A DNA stretch of 50,639 nt from Octopus bimaculoides (lineage: Eukaryota): assembly GCF_001194135.2 (NCBI RefSeq), contig NC_069005.1, positions 16,374,212-16,424,850 on the forward strand, given 5' to 3'. Each line of letters opens with the position of its first letter. Position 1 is the first letter of the stretch. The position numbers were made by a program, and so were the translations under genes. This document shows positions 1-11,809 of the stretch, piece by piece. The notes below the pieces were generated by a model. It had not been told where the DNA came from and made no database searches. It worked only from the letters and a program-made list of their open reading frames with translations.

Positions 1-1180
1 GTCCCAAACAGTTGGGCGAAATGCCACTGAAATGCCGCACATATCCGCTCGGGCCCACTCTGGTCCACCAAAGACCGAATTGTGGCGTTGTTGTCACGTT
101 GAGCCTCTGCCACTCGGGCCCATCGAGCGGCCTTAAATCCCTCGTTTCCTAGAGCACGTGCTTTAGCTCTAACAATGAATCCTTCGTGCTTAGCGTTGAA
201 GAATTGGTCGAGGACCAATCTCGTCGCCGGCACGTCGGTTGCAATGCCTCTAAGCGCTTCTTCTAAGTTCCTAATTAGTTTTCCCTCTATTTTATTTTTT
301 TTTTCTATCGTTAGAGCCTTGCTAAACTCAATCGATTCTTTTCTAATTGCCCTTTTCAGGACTCAGCACCATTTATTGTTAAGTATTGACGCCGTTAACG
401 CCCGCTTAATTAATTCGCTAATCCGATCTCTGTAAGCATGGCACGCCCGGAGTGACGCGTTCAGCTTCCAGTAACCTGCCCACATATTTTATTTAAATCG
501 ACCGTACAGATCACAAATTTGTGGTCTGTGTAGACGACGACTTTAAAAAGTGGACAAATTATACTATCCTTCCTACTGGCCTACAGAAAATTCTATCTAG
601 ATACGACCTGGATGACTCGACGCAGTTAAACCAGTTCCACACCGGTACCTGTCAGACAGCTGAAAACGTCTGAGCAGGTTTGCGAGGCTTTTGCAACCAC
701 TTCCTTAATCTACTAGCCCCACATGGTCCAAATGTGATTCTAAGACAGCGTTCCAGTCACCCATAAGCACGAAAGGACGAGACGTTTCCAAGAAAACTTC
801 CAGGTGTCTGAAGAAAGTCAGCTGCCCTGCTCCTGTCGGAGAATAGACAGCCACCAGCCTGATGGCACTTCTGTCACTACTGTTCACATCCAGGACCACC
901 AACTTACCTTCAGGGTCCAGGAAGATAGTCTTTATCCTGAGATCCAGACCTCTCCGGAGCAACACCACAATTCCACCCCCTAATTTCGGTTGACATGGAG
1001 ATAAATAGATCTCGTATCCACCGAAGATGGGCATGGACGCTTGTTGGTCGGAGAGTCTCTGGTTTCACTTATGGCCACCGCATCGACATTTAGTGACCTG
1101 AAGTCGTTGAGTAGATGATCCTGTTTCCAAGGCGACTCCAGGCCACGTGTATTTATACTACCAATTGTAAGCGAAGCCAT
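1..1180 (-). mobile_element. L1/Tx1-like non-LTR retrotransposon ORF2 (APE endonuclease and post-endonuclease region), frameshifted; runs off the left edge
   Basis: Minus-strand translation gives APE motifs MASLTIGSINTRGL, VAISET(R), RLVAVYSP, LMGDWNAV, SYLDRIF and YTDHKFVIC, then GYWKLNASL (L1/Tx1-type WKLN motif). A frameshift lies near 1030-1050. Confidence 0.85.
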
Positions 1181-1404
1181 GTAGGATCGAGGTATAGAAT
1201 CAGAAAAGGCTACTTATTGTGATTTTGTTGGTGAGGTGGTGATTGTTGTTCCGCCCCCATGATTATTTGTGGCTATATCCGCGAGCAGTTCGTTGTACAG
1301 TCTTTTGTTTATCTCTTTCCTGAAGGTTCCAAACTCCTTCAGAATATTTTATTTTATTTTGTTGTATGTTTTGTGATGTTAGCAGGAATTATATGTATGG
1401 CGGT

Positions 1405-1486
1405 GTGTTGTTTGATGGTGTTGTTTGATGGTGTTGTTTGATGGTGTTGTTTGATGGTGTTGTTTGATGGTGTTGTTTGATGGTGT
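1405..1486. repeat. 13-bp minisatellite (GATGGTGTTGTTT), about 6 copies
   Basis: Direct reading of the tandem unit, between ORF1 and ORF2 of the Tx1-like element. Confidence 0.9.
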
Positions 1487-2069
1487 GATGACATCGGTGT
1501 TTGTGGTGTCTGTATTGTATATATGTGCCATAAATTCTTTATTGTTTGTGATCATTGCTGTAAAGTTGGTGATTGTGTATTGCTGGTGTTGGGATATGCG
1601 GGTTACGAGTCATGTGTGCAAACTGGGTTGTGCTTGTGCTGGTAGTGACGGTGCTGGTGGTGATGCTGTTGTTGCTGTTGACGAAGCTGGTGTGGTTGTT
1701 AATTGGAGAGTTGTTTGTTCTCCTCAGTCATCATGCCTGCCAGATTTTTGTGTTTTAGTTGGGTGAATTTTTGTTCCTTTTCCTTTTTAATCTGGTGACT
1801 TGTCATTTAGGCTCTTCTTCTTCTTCCTCCTCCTCCTCCTCGTCGTCGTCGTCGTCGTCGTCGTCCACGAAGGGTATGTCTGAGTGTTTGAGAGAGGGAA
1901 GAGGTAAATCTTGTGGGGTCTTCTGGTTGTGCTTTGTAAGGTTGTTGTTGTTCTGGTGGCTACTGATGCTGTTGTTTTTGTTGCTGTCTGGTGTGAGAAA
2001 GCTATAGATGTTGGTGAGTTATGTTGTTTGCTGTTGTTGCTTCCACTGTTGTTGTTATTGTTGCTGCTG

Positions 2070-2630
2070 CTACCTTCGGTACTTTGTAATTGGTGTTGCC
2101 GCAACTGTTGCTGTTGTTATCGCTGCTCCAGTAGCCACTTGTCTCTGTTGTTGCTGTTGTGTTGGAGGTATCTGCAGCAGTGCGGCTTTTTCATGTGTTT
2201 GCTTGGGGGCAGAAAGCCTTTGAGTGGTTTCTTTGGCCACAAATGTGGCATCTTGGATTTCTACTGCTACAAAGAATTTTACACCTCTAGGGAGTTCTAT
2301 CAGATCTGGAATCTCCTGTGCAGTTGCAAAATCTGCATGCAATAAATGTTCCAGTTTTCTTTTTTGTGTCAATGACTTTGAAGAATCTTCATCCCCTCCA
2401 CTATGCTGTACAACATGGCTGCTGCCAGCAAGAATATGTCTACTTCTGGTGGCACCTCCGCTACCTTCACTTTAACGATTCTTCGATCGAGGTATGTGGA
2501 AATCATATGCAATTCCTCGGTCTTAAGGGTTGTCGTGGAATTTTCTTTGACCAGTTGTTCGGTTGAGAACCTCACCTCTACTGTGCCAAAGCTTCTACCA
2601 GGTGCGACATAACATTTTTTGTTCCATACA
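2070..2630 (-). mobile_element. ORF1 (gag-like) of the same L1/Tx1-like element, with a CCHC zinc knuckle; frameshifted
   Basis: Minus strand 2250-2209 reads C-H-I-C-G-Q-R-N-H-S-K-A-F-C (CX2CX4HX4C). It lies upstream of and co-oriented with ORF2 and is followed by a Gln/Thr/Asn-rich low-complexity tail. Confidence 0.7.
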
Positions 2631-3920
2631 GGTCTCAGGCATTTTCAACTGGCCTTGCGTATCTCCTTCTAGTTAACGTGTTTTCAATGATATACATCTG
2701 TATATAATTGTTTTCCTCTTTGTTTCCTCTTGNNNNNNNNNNNNNNNNNNNNNNNNNNNNNNNNNNNNNNNNNNNNNNNNNNNNNNNNNNNNNNNNNNNN
2801 NNNNNNNNNNNNNNNNNNNNNNNNNNNNNNNNNNNNNNNNNNNNNNNNNNNNGTGGTGATGTTGGTGGTGGTGGTGTTGCTGCTGTTACTGCTGCTACCG
2901 CTGCTGCTATTCTTCGTCCTCTTCTCAACTATATTAGATAGCGGAGGGAAAGAAATTCCGAAAGCGCTGTTACAATAAGTTTTGGACCCCTCGATTTGCG
3001 AAACCATAATGTAAATTTTGTTTTGTTTACTTTTTAAAAATATGGAATTTTGAGTTAATAAAACTTAAAATTCTCCCTTAAAGGACGAATATTTTGCCAT
3101 CCCAGCCAGCCCTGCTTGTGGCGAGCTGGGTTGCCTTCAGGATGAAGGACGAGGGGGGAAATACAAAGACAGACATAAAGTGTTGGGGTTTACATATAAT
3201 GAAATGATAAAATAATTATTAAAAAAAAAAAAGTATAGACGGTATACAATGAAAAGGAAGGGGCATATACATAATATACAAAGGTTAAAAAACAAAAGGC
3301 AAGCGCACATATGAGAGGCAGAGAAAGTTTGAGAAGAAGAAAAATGATAAATAGGAGAAAGATAAAGAAAATGTATTAGCTAAAAATACCTTAAATTTGT
3401 TCAGAAAATACATTTCCTGTAAATTACCGTCGGTCTGTAAAGTATCTGGGTTAGTCTGACTGTTACTCTGATTATTACCGGGGTTGTTGGAATATAAACT
3501 GTTTTTAATTTCATGAAAATCACTTCTAGAATGTTTGTTATTTGTATTGAAGTTTTCCTGAAAATTTGGTAAATTTCCATAGCAAAAGTCTGAAAACATA
3601 AGGAATAAATTACCATCATAACAATCCAAAAATATAACGAGTAATTTTCAAAAGCGAAGATTAGAAAATATAACGAATATTTTTTCAATTAAATGAATCT
3701 GTGTAGACTAGTTGTGATCTACATCAGAAAAAGTCCTTAGTAAATTTGTATGTGTGGGAAAATAAAATCCTGGTGTTGCAACCAAAGTTCTACGATAAAG
3801 AACTTTCTGCAAATTTTTAGGAATCTTCTTGCCCTCGGTTTACGAATTTATCCAAATTTCTCACCTTCAATGAAAATATAACGATTGATGGCTTAAAAAC
3901 ACTTAGTGACCATGGAGTAA

Positions 3921-4125
3921 GGAGCGGGCATGGTCGAATGGTAAAAATTTCGCTTTACAATCAGTTCCTGGTTTATTTCAGAGCGTGAATACCAACGGCT
4001 TTGCTATCGATCATTCCCAGTAAAGTATTTAACAGTGTAGAGTAAAATGAAGAGCTCGGAATTGTCTGGTAGACTACGTTAACTAAAATCTTCACCATTC
4101 ATCAAAGGCGCCGTCCATTTGGAAA
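3921..4125 (+). mobile_element. Degenerate tRNA-derived SINE
   Basis: A-box-like TGGTCGAATGG at 3931-3941; the body loosely resembles other SINE copies in the window. Confidence 0.4.
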
Positions 4126-4344
4126 AATATGAAAATGCTTCAAATTATTATTATTAGTTACTATAAATCAATGTACAAATGCATGTATTCATATATGCAC
4201 ATATCCACACGTGTACACATGACAAAAATACACACACATATGTAACGCACACACATACACAAACATGTATATGTATATGCATGCGCTTATCTGTATATGT
4301 AAGCGGGTGTGTGTTTTTGTGTGCTCGCGCGTCTGTGTCTGTTT

Positions 4345-4536
4345 GTCCCCCACAACAGCTTGATAACCGGTGTCTCTATATTTAAATCCTTGTAACTTAG
4401 CGGTTCGGCAAAATTGACCGACAAAATATGTACCAGACTTTAAAAAAAGTACTAGCTTGATTCATTCGACTAAAATTCTTCAAGGCAGTGCCCCAGCATG
4501 GCTGCGGTCTAATGACTGAAACAAGTAAAAGAAAAG
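4345..4536 (+). mobile_element. SINE family 1, 3' half
   Basis: Matches the 3' part of the full copy at 28573-28960 (TAACTTAGCGGTTCGGCAAAA ... CCAGCATGGC ... ATGACTGAAACAAGTAAAAGA). Confidence 0.85.
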
Positions 4537-5084
4537 AAATGAGATGCATACATACATATTGGTTATTAGTATCGTTATGCCTAAGCAAAAAAATTATATT
4601 TATATATATATATATATATNNNNNNNNNNNNNNNNNNNNNNNNNNNNNNNNNNNNNNNNNNNNNNNNNNNNNNNNNNNNNNNNNNNNNNNNNNNNNNNNN
4701 NNNNNNNNNNNNNNNNNNNNNNNNNNNNNNNNNNNNNNNNNNNNNNNNNNNNNNNNNNNNNNNNNNNNNNNNNNNNNNNNNNNNNNNNNNNNNNNNNNNN
4801 NNNNNNNNNNNNNNNNNNNNNNNNNNNNNNNNNNNNNNNNNNNNNNNNNNNNNNNNNNNNNNNNNNNNNNNNNNNNNNNNNNNNNNNNNNNNNNNNNNNN
4901 NNNNNNNNNNNNNNNNNNNNNNNNNNNNNNNNNNNNNNNNNNNNNNNNNNNNNNNNNNNNNNNNNNNNNNNNNNNNNNNNNNNNNNNNNNNNNNNNNNNN
5001 NNNNNNNNNNNNNNNNNNNNNNNNNNNNNNNNNNNNNNNNNNNNNNNNNNNNNNNNNNNNNNNNAATTAAATTAGAACAGATGG

Positions 5085-5395
5085 ACAGATTAGTATAGTT
5101 ATACCTAAAATTTCCAAGAAGTTAAGGAGATAAACAAAGAACATGCTGGCTTCACTCCAGCATAGAAGTTACTAAGTTATCAAGAAGATATGCATTGTTA
5201 CAGACTCTACCTGTCACTGTTTTTGTTTTTATGGGGTCAGTTTCAATTCATAGACTAGTTTATCAAATCCTTGTATATCTAAGGCTGAGAGAACAGAGGG
5301 CAGTATCTGTTAGGGGTAGGGTTGAGGGAGCAGACAGAAATCATAGTTGGTATAGTCATAAAAATCAAGATTTATTAGAAACAATATCATGAGGT
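5085..5395 (-). mobile_element. Highly decayed CR1/Jockey-type RT fragment
   Basis: Minus-strand VLSALDIQGFDKLV resembles the LDxxKAFDKV motif, followed by AGV-like residues; many stops. Confidence 0.35.
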
Positions 5396-5656
5396 TAGGT
5401 ATACACACACATACGCACATATATGTAAATACATACACACACACACATATATATTTGTACATACACATATACACATATATACATGTACATAGGATAATAA
5501 TATATATGACAAACTGATGGAAATCAGGTGGTCAAAAGCCAGGAAAAGAAAAGGAGAAAGCTTTTACCCAGCAGTAAGAGAGAAAGTTTTACATGAATGT
5601 TTGCGTGTATGTGTGTGCGTGCGCGCGTGTGTGTGTGCGTGCGCACATGCGTGTGC

Positions 5657-5721
5657 GTGCGTGCGAGTGCGTGCGAGTGCGTGCGAGTGCGTGCGAGTGC
5701 GTGCGAGTGCGTGCGAGTGCG
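5657..5721. repeat. 10-bp tandem repeat (GTGCGTGCGA), about 6 copies
   Basis: Direct reading. Confidence 0.85.
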
Positions 5722-5854
5722 TATGTGAATGTTCATATTCCCTCATAAAAAATTATATTAGGCCTGGTATGGCAACATGTAATGGAAGTTTTGATGAGAA
5801 TGTTCCACCATTATTCCTTGGGATGGAATAAATGGATATATTCAACACACACTC

Positions 5855-5950
<96 letters not shown>
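5855..5950. repeat. (ATCT)n tetranucleotide microsatellite
   Basis: Direct reading. Confidence 0.95.
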
Positions 5951-5951
<1 letters not shown>

Positions 5952-6903
5952 CTTACCAATCTCCCCGTCTCGTTCTGCTTCCTTTTGTTGTCCTTGCTTC
6001 TCCCCTTCACTGCTATACATATCCCTCTCTTACTCTTCCTCCCTGTCTCTCGTCGCTCACCTTTGTTCAACTTCCTTCCTTTTTCTCTCTCTACCATTCC
6101 TCGTTGATCACATGTGACCTGTGGTCACCTTTTCCTTTCTCCATTCGGCCAGCATAAAGGCAACACGAACTGCTATCTCTCTCTGCTCAAGTTCGTCACA
6201 TCACAGCGTTCAGTATCTCATCTCAATCGGCTTAACGGCCCTTAACGTTGTTTTCACTATATAGTTTTTCCTGTCTTGGTTTTTGTTTGCTACTTTGGAA
6301 TCCCCGGCATTGCAGGTTAATCCGCTTCGCGGGAAGAGCTATTCTAAGAGCGCGTTCTGCCTCATCTTCGAAACGCCTAGTTTAGAATAGAGGCAGCTGA
6401 TGAAGGAAAAGTTCCATAAGTGGCTTGTCTGTTTTCCTGTGTTCATTCTGTTGTCCGTAAAAAACTCCGTTTTTTGTGCTTTCTTTATGTTCCAGATCCT
6501 TTTTTGTCCACGTTTTTTTGACGTCCTGTACCCGGATATGCATCTATATATACATGTAGATGTAGGTATGTACATGTATCTATGTATACATGCATATGCT
6601 CACATANNNNNNNNNNNNNNNNNNNNNNNNNNNNNNNNNNNNNNNNNNNNNNNNNNNNNNNNNNNNNNNNNNNNNNNNNNNNNNNNNNNNNNNNNNNNNN
6701 NNNNNNNNNNNNNNNNNNNNNNNNNNNNNNNNNNNNNNNNNNNNNNNNNNNNNNNNNNNNNNNNNNNNNNNNNNNNNNNNNNNNNNNNNNNNNNNNNNNN
6801 NNNNNNNNNNNNNNNNNNNNNNNNNNNNNNNNNNNNNNNNNNNNNNNNNNNNNNNNNNNNNNNNNNNNNNNNNNNNNNNNNNNNNNNNNNNNNNNNNNNN
6901 NNN

Positions 6904-6934
<31 letters not shown>

Positions 6935-7344
6935 GTATGCATATGTATTTATATATGCGTATGTGTGTGTATATGTATGCATATATGTATGCGTGCGTCT
7001 ATACATATATAAACACATGCATACGTATATTTGCATTTGGCTATGTGAGACATCATAGGTAACACTGATCCGGTTGATTGCTTTCACTTACTGCTAACCT
7101 TCCCTATTTGTCATAAACACGATGGAAATATTGAAGGGCTCTCTTTCATCTAACCCATCAGCTCCTGATACTCAACAGCCTGCTCAAATATCCGTTAGGG
7201 TGTATTGCAGAGGGGGACAGTAAGGTTATTGGGTTCATAGCGTGTTTGTCACAAACAAAGGATGTATATGGTTGAATGATACGGTAGTGAGAGGTTTAAT
7301 ACCGTGAATGTGGTGTTTTAACGGTGGTTGTAACTGTTACTGTT

Positions 7345-7420
7345 GTTGCCATTGTTTAGCCCCTAATCCGACCTGATAAAGCAGACGACTGATCAAAATA
7401 TTGCCAGCTGTGACCATAGG
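7345..7420 (+). repeat. Short interspersed repeat fragment; an inverted relative lies at 13395-13465
   Basis: TTTAGCCCC...CCAGCTGTGACCAT resembles the reverse complement of 13395-13465 (TTTAGCCCCAGG...CCAGGACTGACCATCCC). Confidence 0.5.
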
Positions 7421-7724
7421 GATAATCAGGATTTGGAAATTGAGAATAGAAGGAATCCCTTTTAAACTTGAGTATGGTTAAAAAACTTGAAAACAAACAT
7501 ATAATAAAATAAAATAGGACTTATACATATACACAACGAACACTTCTAAGCACTGTACACCTGATATTTCGAGGATTTTTAATACAGTAGAAGATACAAA
7601 CAAATAAGTATCTAAGGTCCACACAACAGCACTCGGCCGAAACCAAGCAATGGAATTATTGCTGCTTTAACAACAACAACAACAGCAGCAACAACAAGAA
7701 GAAGAAGAAGAAGAAGAAGAAGAA

Positions 7725-7889
<165 letters not shown>

Positions 7890-8382
7890 NNNNNNNNNNN
7901 NNNNNNNNNNNNNNNNNNNNNNNNNNNNNNNNNNNNNNNNNNNNNNNNNNNNNNNNNNNNNNNNNNNNNNNNNNNNNNNNNNNNNNNNNNNNNNNNNNNN
8001 NNNNNNNNNNNNNNNNNNNNNNNNNNNNNNNNNNNNNNNNNNNNNNNNNNNNNNNNNNNNNNNNNNNNNNNNNNNNNNNNNNNNNNNNNNNNNNNNNNNN
8101 NNNNNNNNNNNNNNNNNNNNNNNNNNNNNNNNNNNNNNNNNNNNNNNNNNNNNNNNNNNNNNNNNNNNNNNNNNNNNNNNNNNNNNNNNNNNNNNNNNNN
8201 NNNNNNNNNNNNNNNNNNNNNNNNNNNNNNNNNNNNNNNNNNNNNNNNNNNNNNNNNNNNNNNNNNNNNNNNNNNNNNNNNNNNNNNNNNNNNNNNNNNN
8301 NNNNNNNNNNNNNNNNNNNNNNNNNNNNNNNNNNNNNNNNNNNNNNNNNNNNNNNNNNNNNNNNNNNNNNNNNNNNNNNNNN

Positions 8383-8839
8383 GGCTACAGCAAATATTCT
8401 GCTCAATACCACAGATTTGCTTGTCAGTTGTTTGACCGTAACCAGTTGAGCATGTCCCTTGGTGGCTGACGATATGTGAATCTCTGATCACGAGCAGAAA
8501 TAGTGGGGGAGCATCATAGCCATGTGTTGAGAGGAATTATTTGGGGTTTGAATAATTCACCTTTGGAAACATGGGTATTTTGCTCAACATCCTTAAACAA
8601 ACCTTATTCAGGGACTTTTTGGGCGGGATGGGCGACTCGAATTGAAGAAAATTCTAACTGGGCCCCACCTGCGAGGTCATGCGCTGTTTATCTTGATATG
8701 AGACCACCATGTCACGCACATGTGGTTGTGATGCATGTGCCTGGTGTACCCTTATCAGACGGGTAGTCATGATGGATATAATGGGCTTCGTATATTTTAC
8801 CCCAGTGTCACTTTGATGGCATACACTGCTCTCTCACTC
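8383..8839. mobile_element. Unclassified non-coding interspersed repeat bounded on the right by (AAT)n; partial second copy at 24572-24767
   Basis: 8644-8839 and 24572-24767 align closely and both end at CTCTCA(C/T)TC-AATAAT. No protein motif was found. Confidence 0.75.
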
Positions 8840-8896
<57 letters not shown>

Positions 8897-9960
8897 GCAC
8901 GGGTGACGTGAAAGAATAAGTGGGAAAAGTGCCTAACTGGAAAGACCCGGAAAAGACGGGATCCATGGTTTTTGGTTGAAGAGATGCCACGCGGTACATG
9001 GAAGACTAGCAGCCCAATTGAATGTGTGTGTGTCCAGAAAGGTACAGTCCATGTGTGGATGGTAACTGGGAGGACAACACTTATAATGAAAGATAGAAGA
9101 AAGGGGAATATTGTGGGGAAACTACCGTCCCAGAGCATGCCTAAACATAATATGGAAGATACTCACTGGAATATGTGCAGCAAAGACATGTATTTTCCTA
9201 ACACAGGGAGAAATACTACCAAAGGAACAAAAAGGATGTAGCAAGAGTTCTCAGAGTACTAAGGATCACCTGGTCATCGATAGAACAGTCTTGAGGCATT
9301 GTAAAAGCCATCATACAAACATGTCTATGGCTTGGATTGACTTTAAGAAGGCATATGATATGATGCCTCATTCTTGGATCGTTGAATGCCTGCAGATGTT
9401 TGGTGTTGCTGACAACATCACAAATTTTCTGATGCATTGCATGAAAGAGTGGAAACCAAATTGTACTTAAGTAATGTATTCCTTGGAAAAGTTAATATTA
9501 AAAGGGGAATCATCCAAGGTGACTCGTTTTCTCCGTTACTATTTGTAATTTCACTAAAACTCATAACAATGACACTTAGGAAAGTTAAGATGGGTTACCG
9601 ATGTGGGAAGATAGCCCCATCATTGAACCATCTTCTGTTTATGGATGACCTGAAATTGTTTGGGAAATCTGAAAAACAGATAAATACCTAGCCAAAACAG
9701 TTCAGAAGTGTGTTAGGGACATCGGTATGGAATTTGGGATTACCAAATGCTCAGTACTTAATATGAAAGGTGGGAAGAAAGCATCCTGCAGAGGAATGCG
9801 ATTACCATCAGGAGAGACCGTGGGTGGACCCGACGGTAGTGGGTATAGATATTTAGGGATTTGGGAGCTGGATGACATTCTACACAGAGAAATGAAAGTC
9901 AAGGTCAGCGAGGCATATCAAAAGAGGGTGAAGATGGTGTTGAAATCCAACCTGAATGCC
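8897..9960 (+). mobile_element. R4/Dong-clade RLE LINE, internal RT fragment, starting right after a (TAA)n tract
   Basis: GIHGFWLK, GNYRP, EQKGC, AWIDFKKAYDMMPHSWI, KRGIIQGDSFSPLLF, NHLLFMDDLKLF, GMEFGITKC and YRYLG; stops and frameshifts present. Confidence 0.9.
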
Positions 9961-9961
9961 A

Positions 9962-10159
9962 TTTCTTCGAAGCGAAACACGAAGGTTGCGTTGTCAGAGC
10001 TAAGGCCCGGACGCTCAAACATGAAGGAAGTAAAGCTGTCCGATGGGCCCGAACGGTGGAGACGCGACATGACAACAAAACTACGATCAGGTCTTTGACG
10101 GATCACGATGGGTGCGTTGTACTCGGCTCCGAGCAGATGTGTGCAACTTTTCAGCAGCA
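9962..10159 (+). mobile_element. L1/Tx1-like ORF2 fragment joined to the Dong RT fragment
   Basis: FEAKHEGCVVRAKARTL...TTIRSLTDHDG is homologous to FNAKHEGFIVRAKARAL...ATIRSLVDQSG encoded on the minus strand at about 60-205. Confidence 0.8.
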
Positions 10160-11070
10160 NNNNNNNNNNNNNNNNNNNNNNNNNNNNNNNNNNNNNNNNN
10201 NNNNNNNNNNNNNNNNNNNNNNNNNNNNNNNNNNNNNNNNNNNNNNNNNNNNNNNNNNNNNNNNNNNNNNNNNNNNNNNNNNNNNNNNNNNNNNNNNNNN
10301 NNNNNNNNNNNNNNNNNNNNNNNNNNNNNNNNNNNNNNNNNNNNNNNNNNNNNNNNNNNNNNNNNNNNNNNNNNNNNNNNNNNNNNNNNNNNNNNNNNNN
10401 NNNNNNNNNNNNNNNNNNNNNNNNNNNNNNNNNNNNNNNNNNNNNNNNNNNNNNNNNNNNNNNNNNNNNNNNNNNNNNNNNNNNNNNNNNNNNNNNNNNN
10501 NNNNNNNNNNNNNNNNNNNNNNNNNNNNNNNNNNNNNNNNNNNNNNNNNNNNNNNNNNNNNNNNNNNNNNNNNNNNNNNNNNNNNNNNNNNNNNNNNNNN
10601 NNNNNNNNNNNNNNNNNNNNNNNNNNNNNNNNNNNNNNNNNNNNNNNNNNNNNNNNNNNNNNNNNNNNNNNNNNNNNNNNNNNNNNNNNNNNNNNNNNNN
10701 NNNNNNNNNNNNNNNNNNNNNNNNNNNNNNNNNNNNNNNNNNNNNNNNNNNNNNNNNNNNNNNNNNNNNNNNNNNNNNNNNNNNNNNNNNNNNNNNNNNN
10801 NNNNNNNNNNNNNNNNNNNNNNNNNNNNNNNNNNNNNNNNNNNNNNNNNNNNNNNNNNNNNNNNNNNNNNNNNNNNNNNNNNNNNNNNNNNNNNNNNNNN
10901 NNNNNNNNNNNNNNNNNNNNNNNNNNNNNNNNNNNNNNNNNNNNNNNNNNNNNNNNNNNNNNNNNNNNNNNNNNNNNNNNNNNNNNNNNNNNNNNNNNNN
11001 NNNNNNNNNNNNNNNNNNNNNNNNNNNNNNNNNNNNNNNNNNNNNNNNNNNNNNNNNNNNNNNNNNNNNN

Positions 11071-11159
<89 letters not shown>

Positions 11160-11809
11160 ATGTATGTATGTATCATATACAAATTATATCTCACATACAT
11201 CATACACATGCAACACAGGCGTAACACAAATAATACAAATGGAGTCGGATATAATTTTTACAGACACTCGCGCACACACTCACACATACATACACAGCCA
11301 ACAGGATGTATATGTATATATCGTTTTATTCATACCAAGCAGACATGTATAATAAGACTGTAAATGGGTCCTTCGCCATTTTCGACGATGAGTACTCCAG
11401 CTGTTAAATCAATTGCAGTACACCTGATTGAATTATAGGTTGACGGTGAATTCCAAAGACATATGTATCAGTAACGTAAAAGCCAGATAAAATCCATGTG
11501 ACTTATTTGTACAGTTAAATGCCACTCGCTACATCGAGTTATTTATCTTATCTCATTTTCGTTTCATTTATGCAAGTTACTTAAACTATAAATGTAATCT
11601 ACTCTTATTTTATGTTTGAGTGTCTCGTTCCACTGGTGACAAGGTAGGGCAACTGGAGGGCTGATGACGCCTATTAAGTGAGAAATATGTGTCTGTAGCT
11701 GTACTTTTGTTTCCAGACATTTAGATTGTCTTTCAATGAATTACCTGTCGATTTTGGTGACTTCTTGAGTTTATCTTGGTTATGAAGTAGTAATCTTGGC
11801 GAGATAATA

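Noticed and set aside
1405-1486. Regularly repeated units considered as a CRISPR array
   Set aside because: The 13-bp units are contiguous with no unique spacers; the context is eukaryotic and there are no cas genes.
1259-2475. Several plus-strand hydrophobic or Cys-rich ORFs
   Set aside because: They are antisense readings of the low-complexity Tx1 ORF1 tail and spacer (GTT/GCT/TCN repeats).
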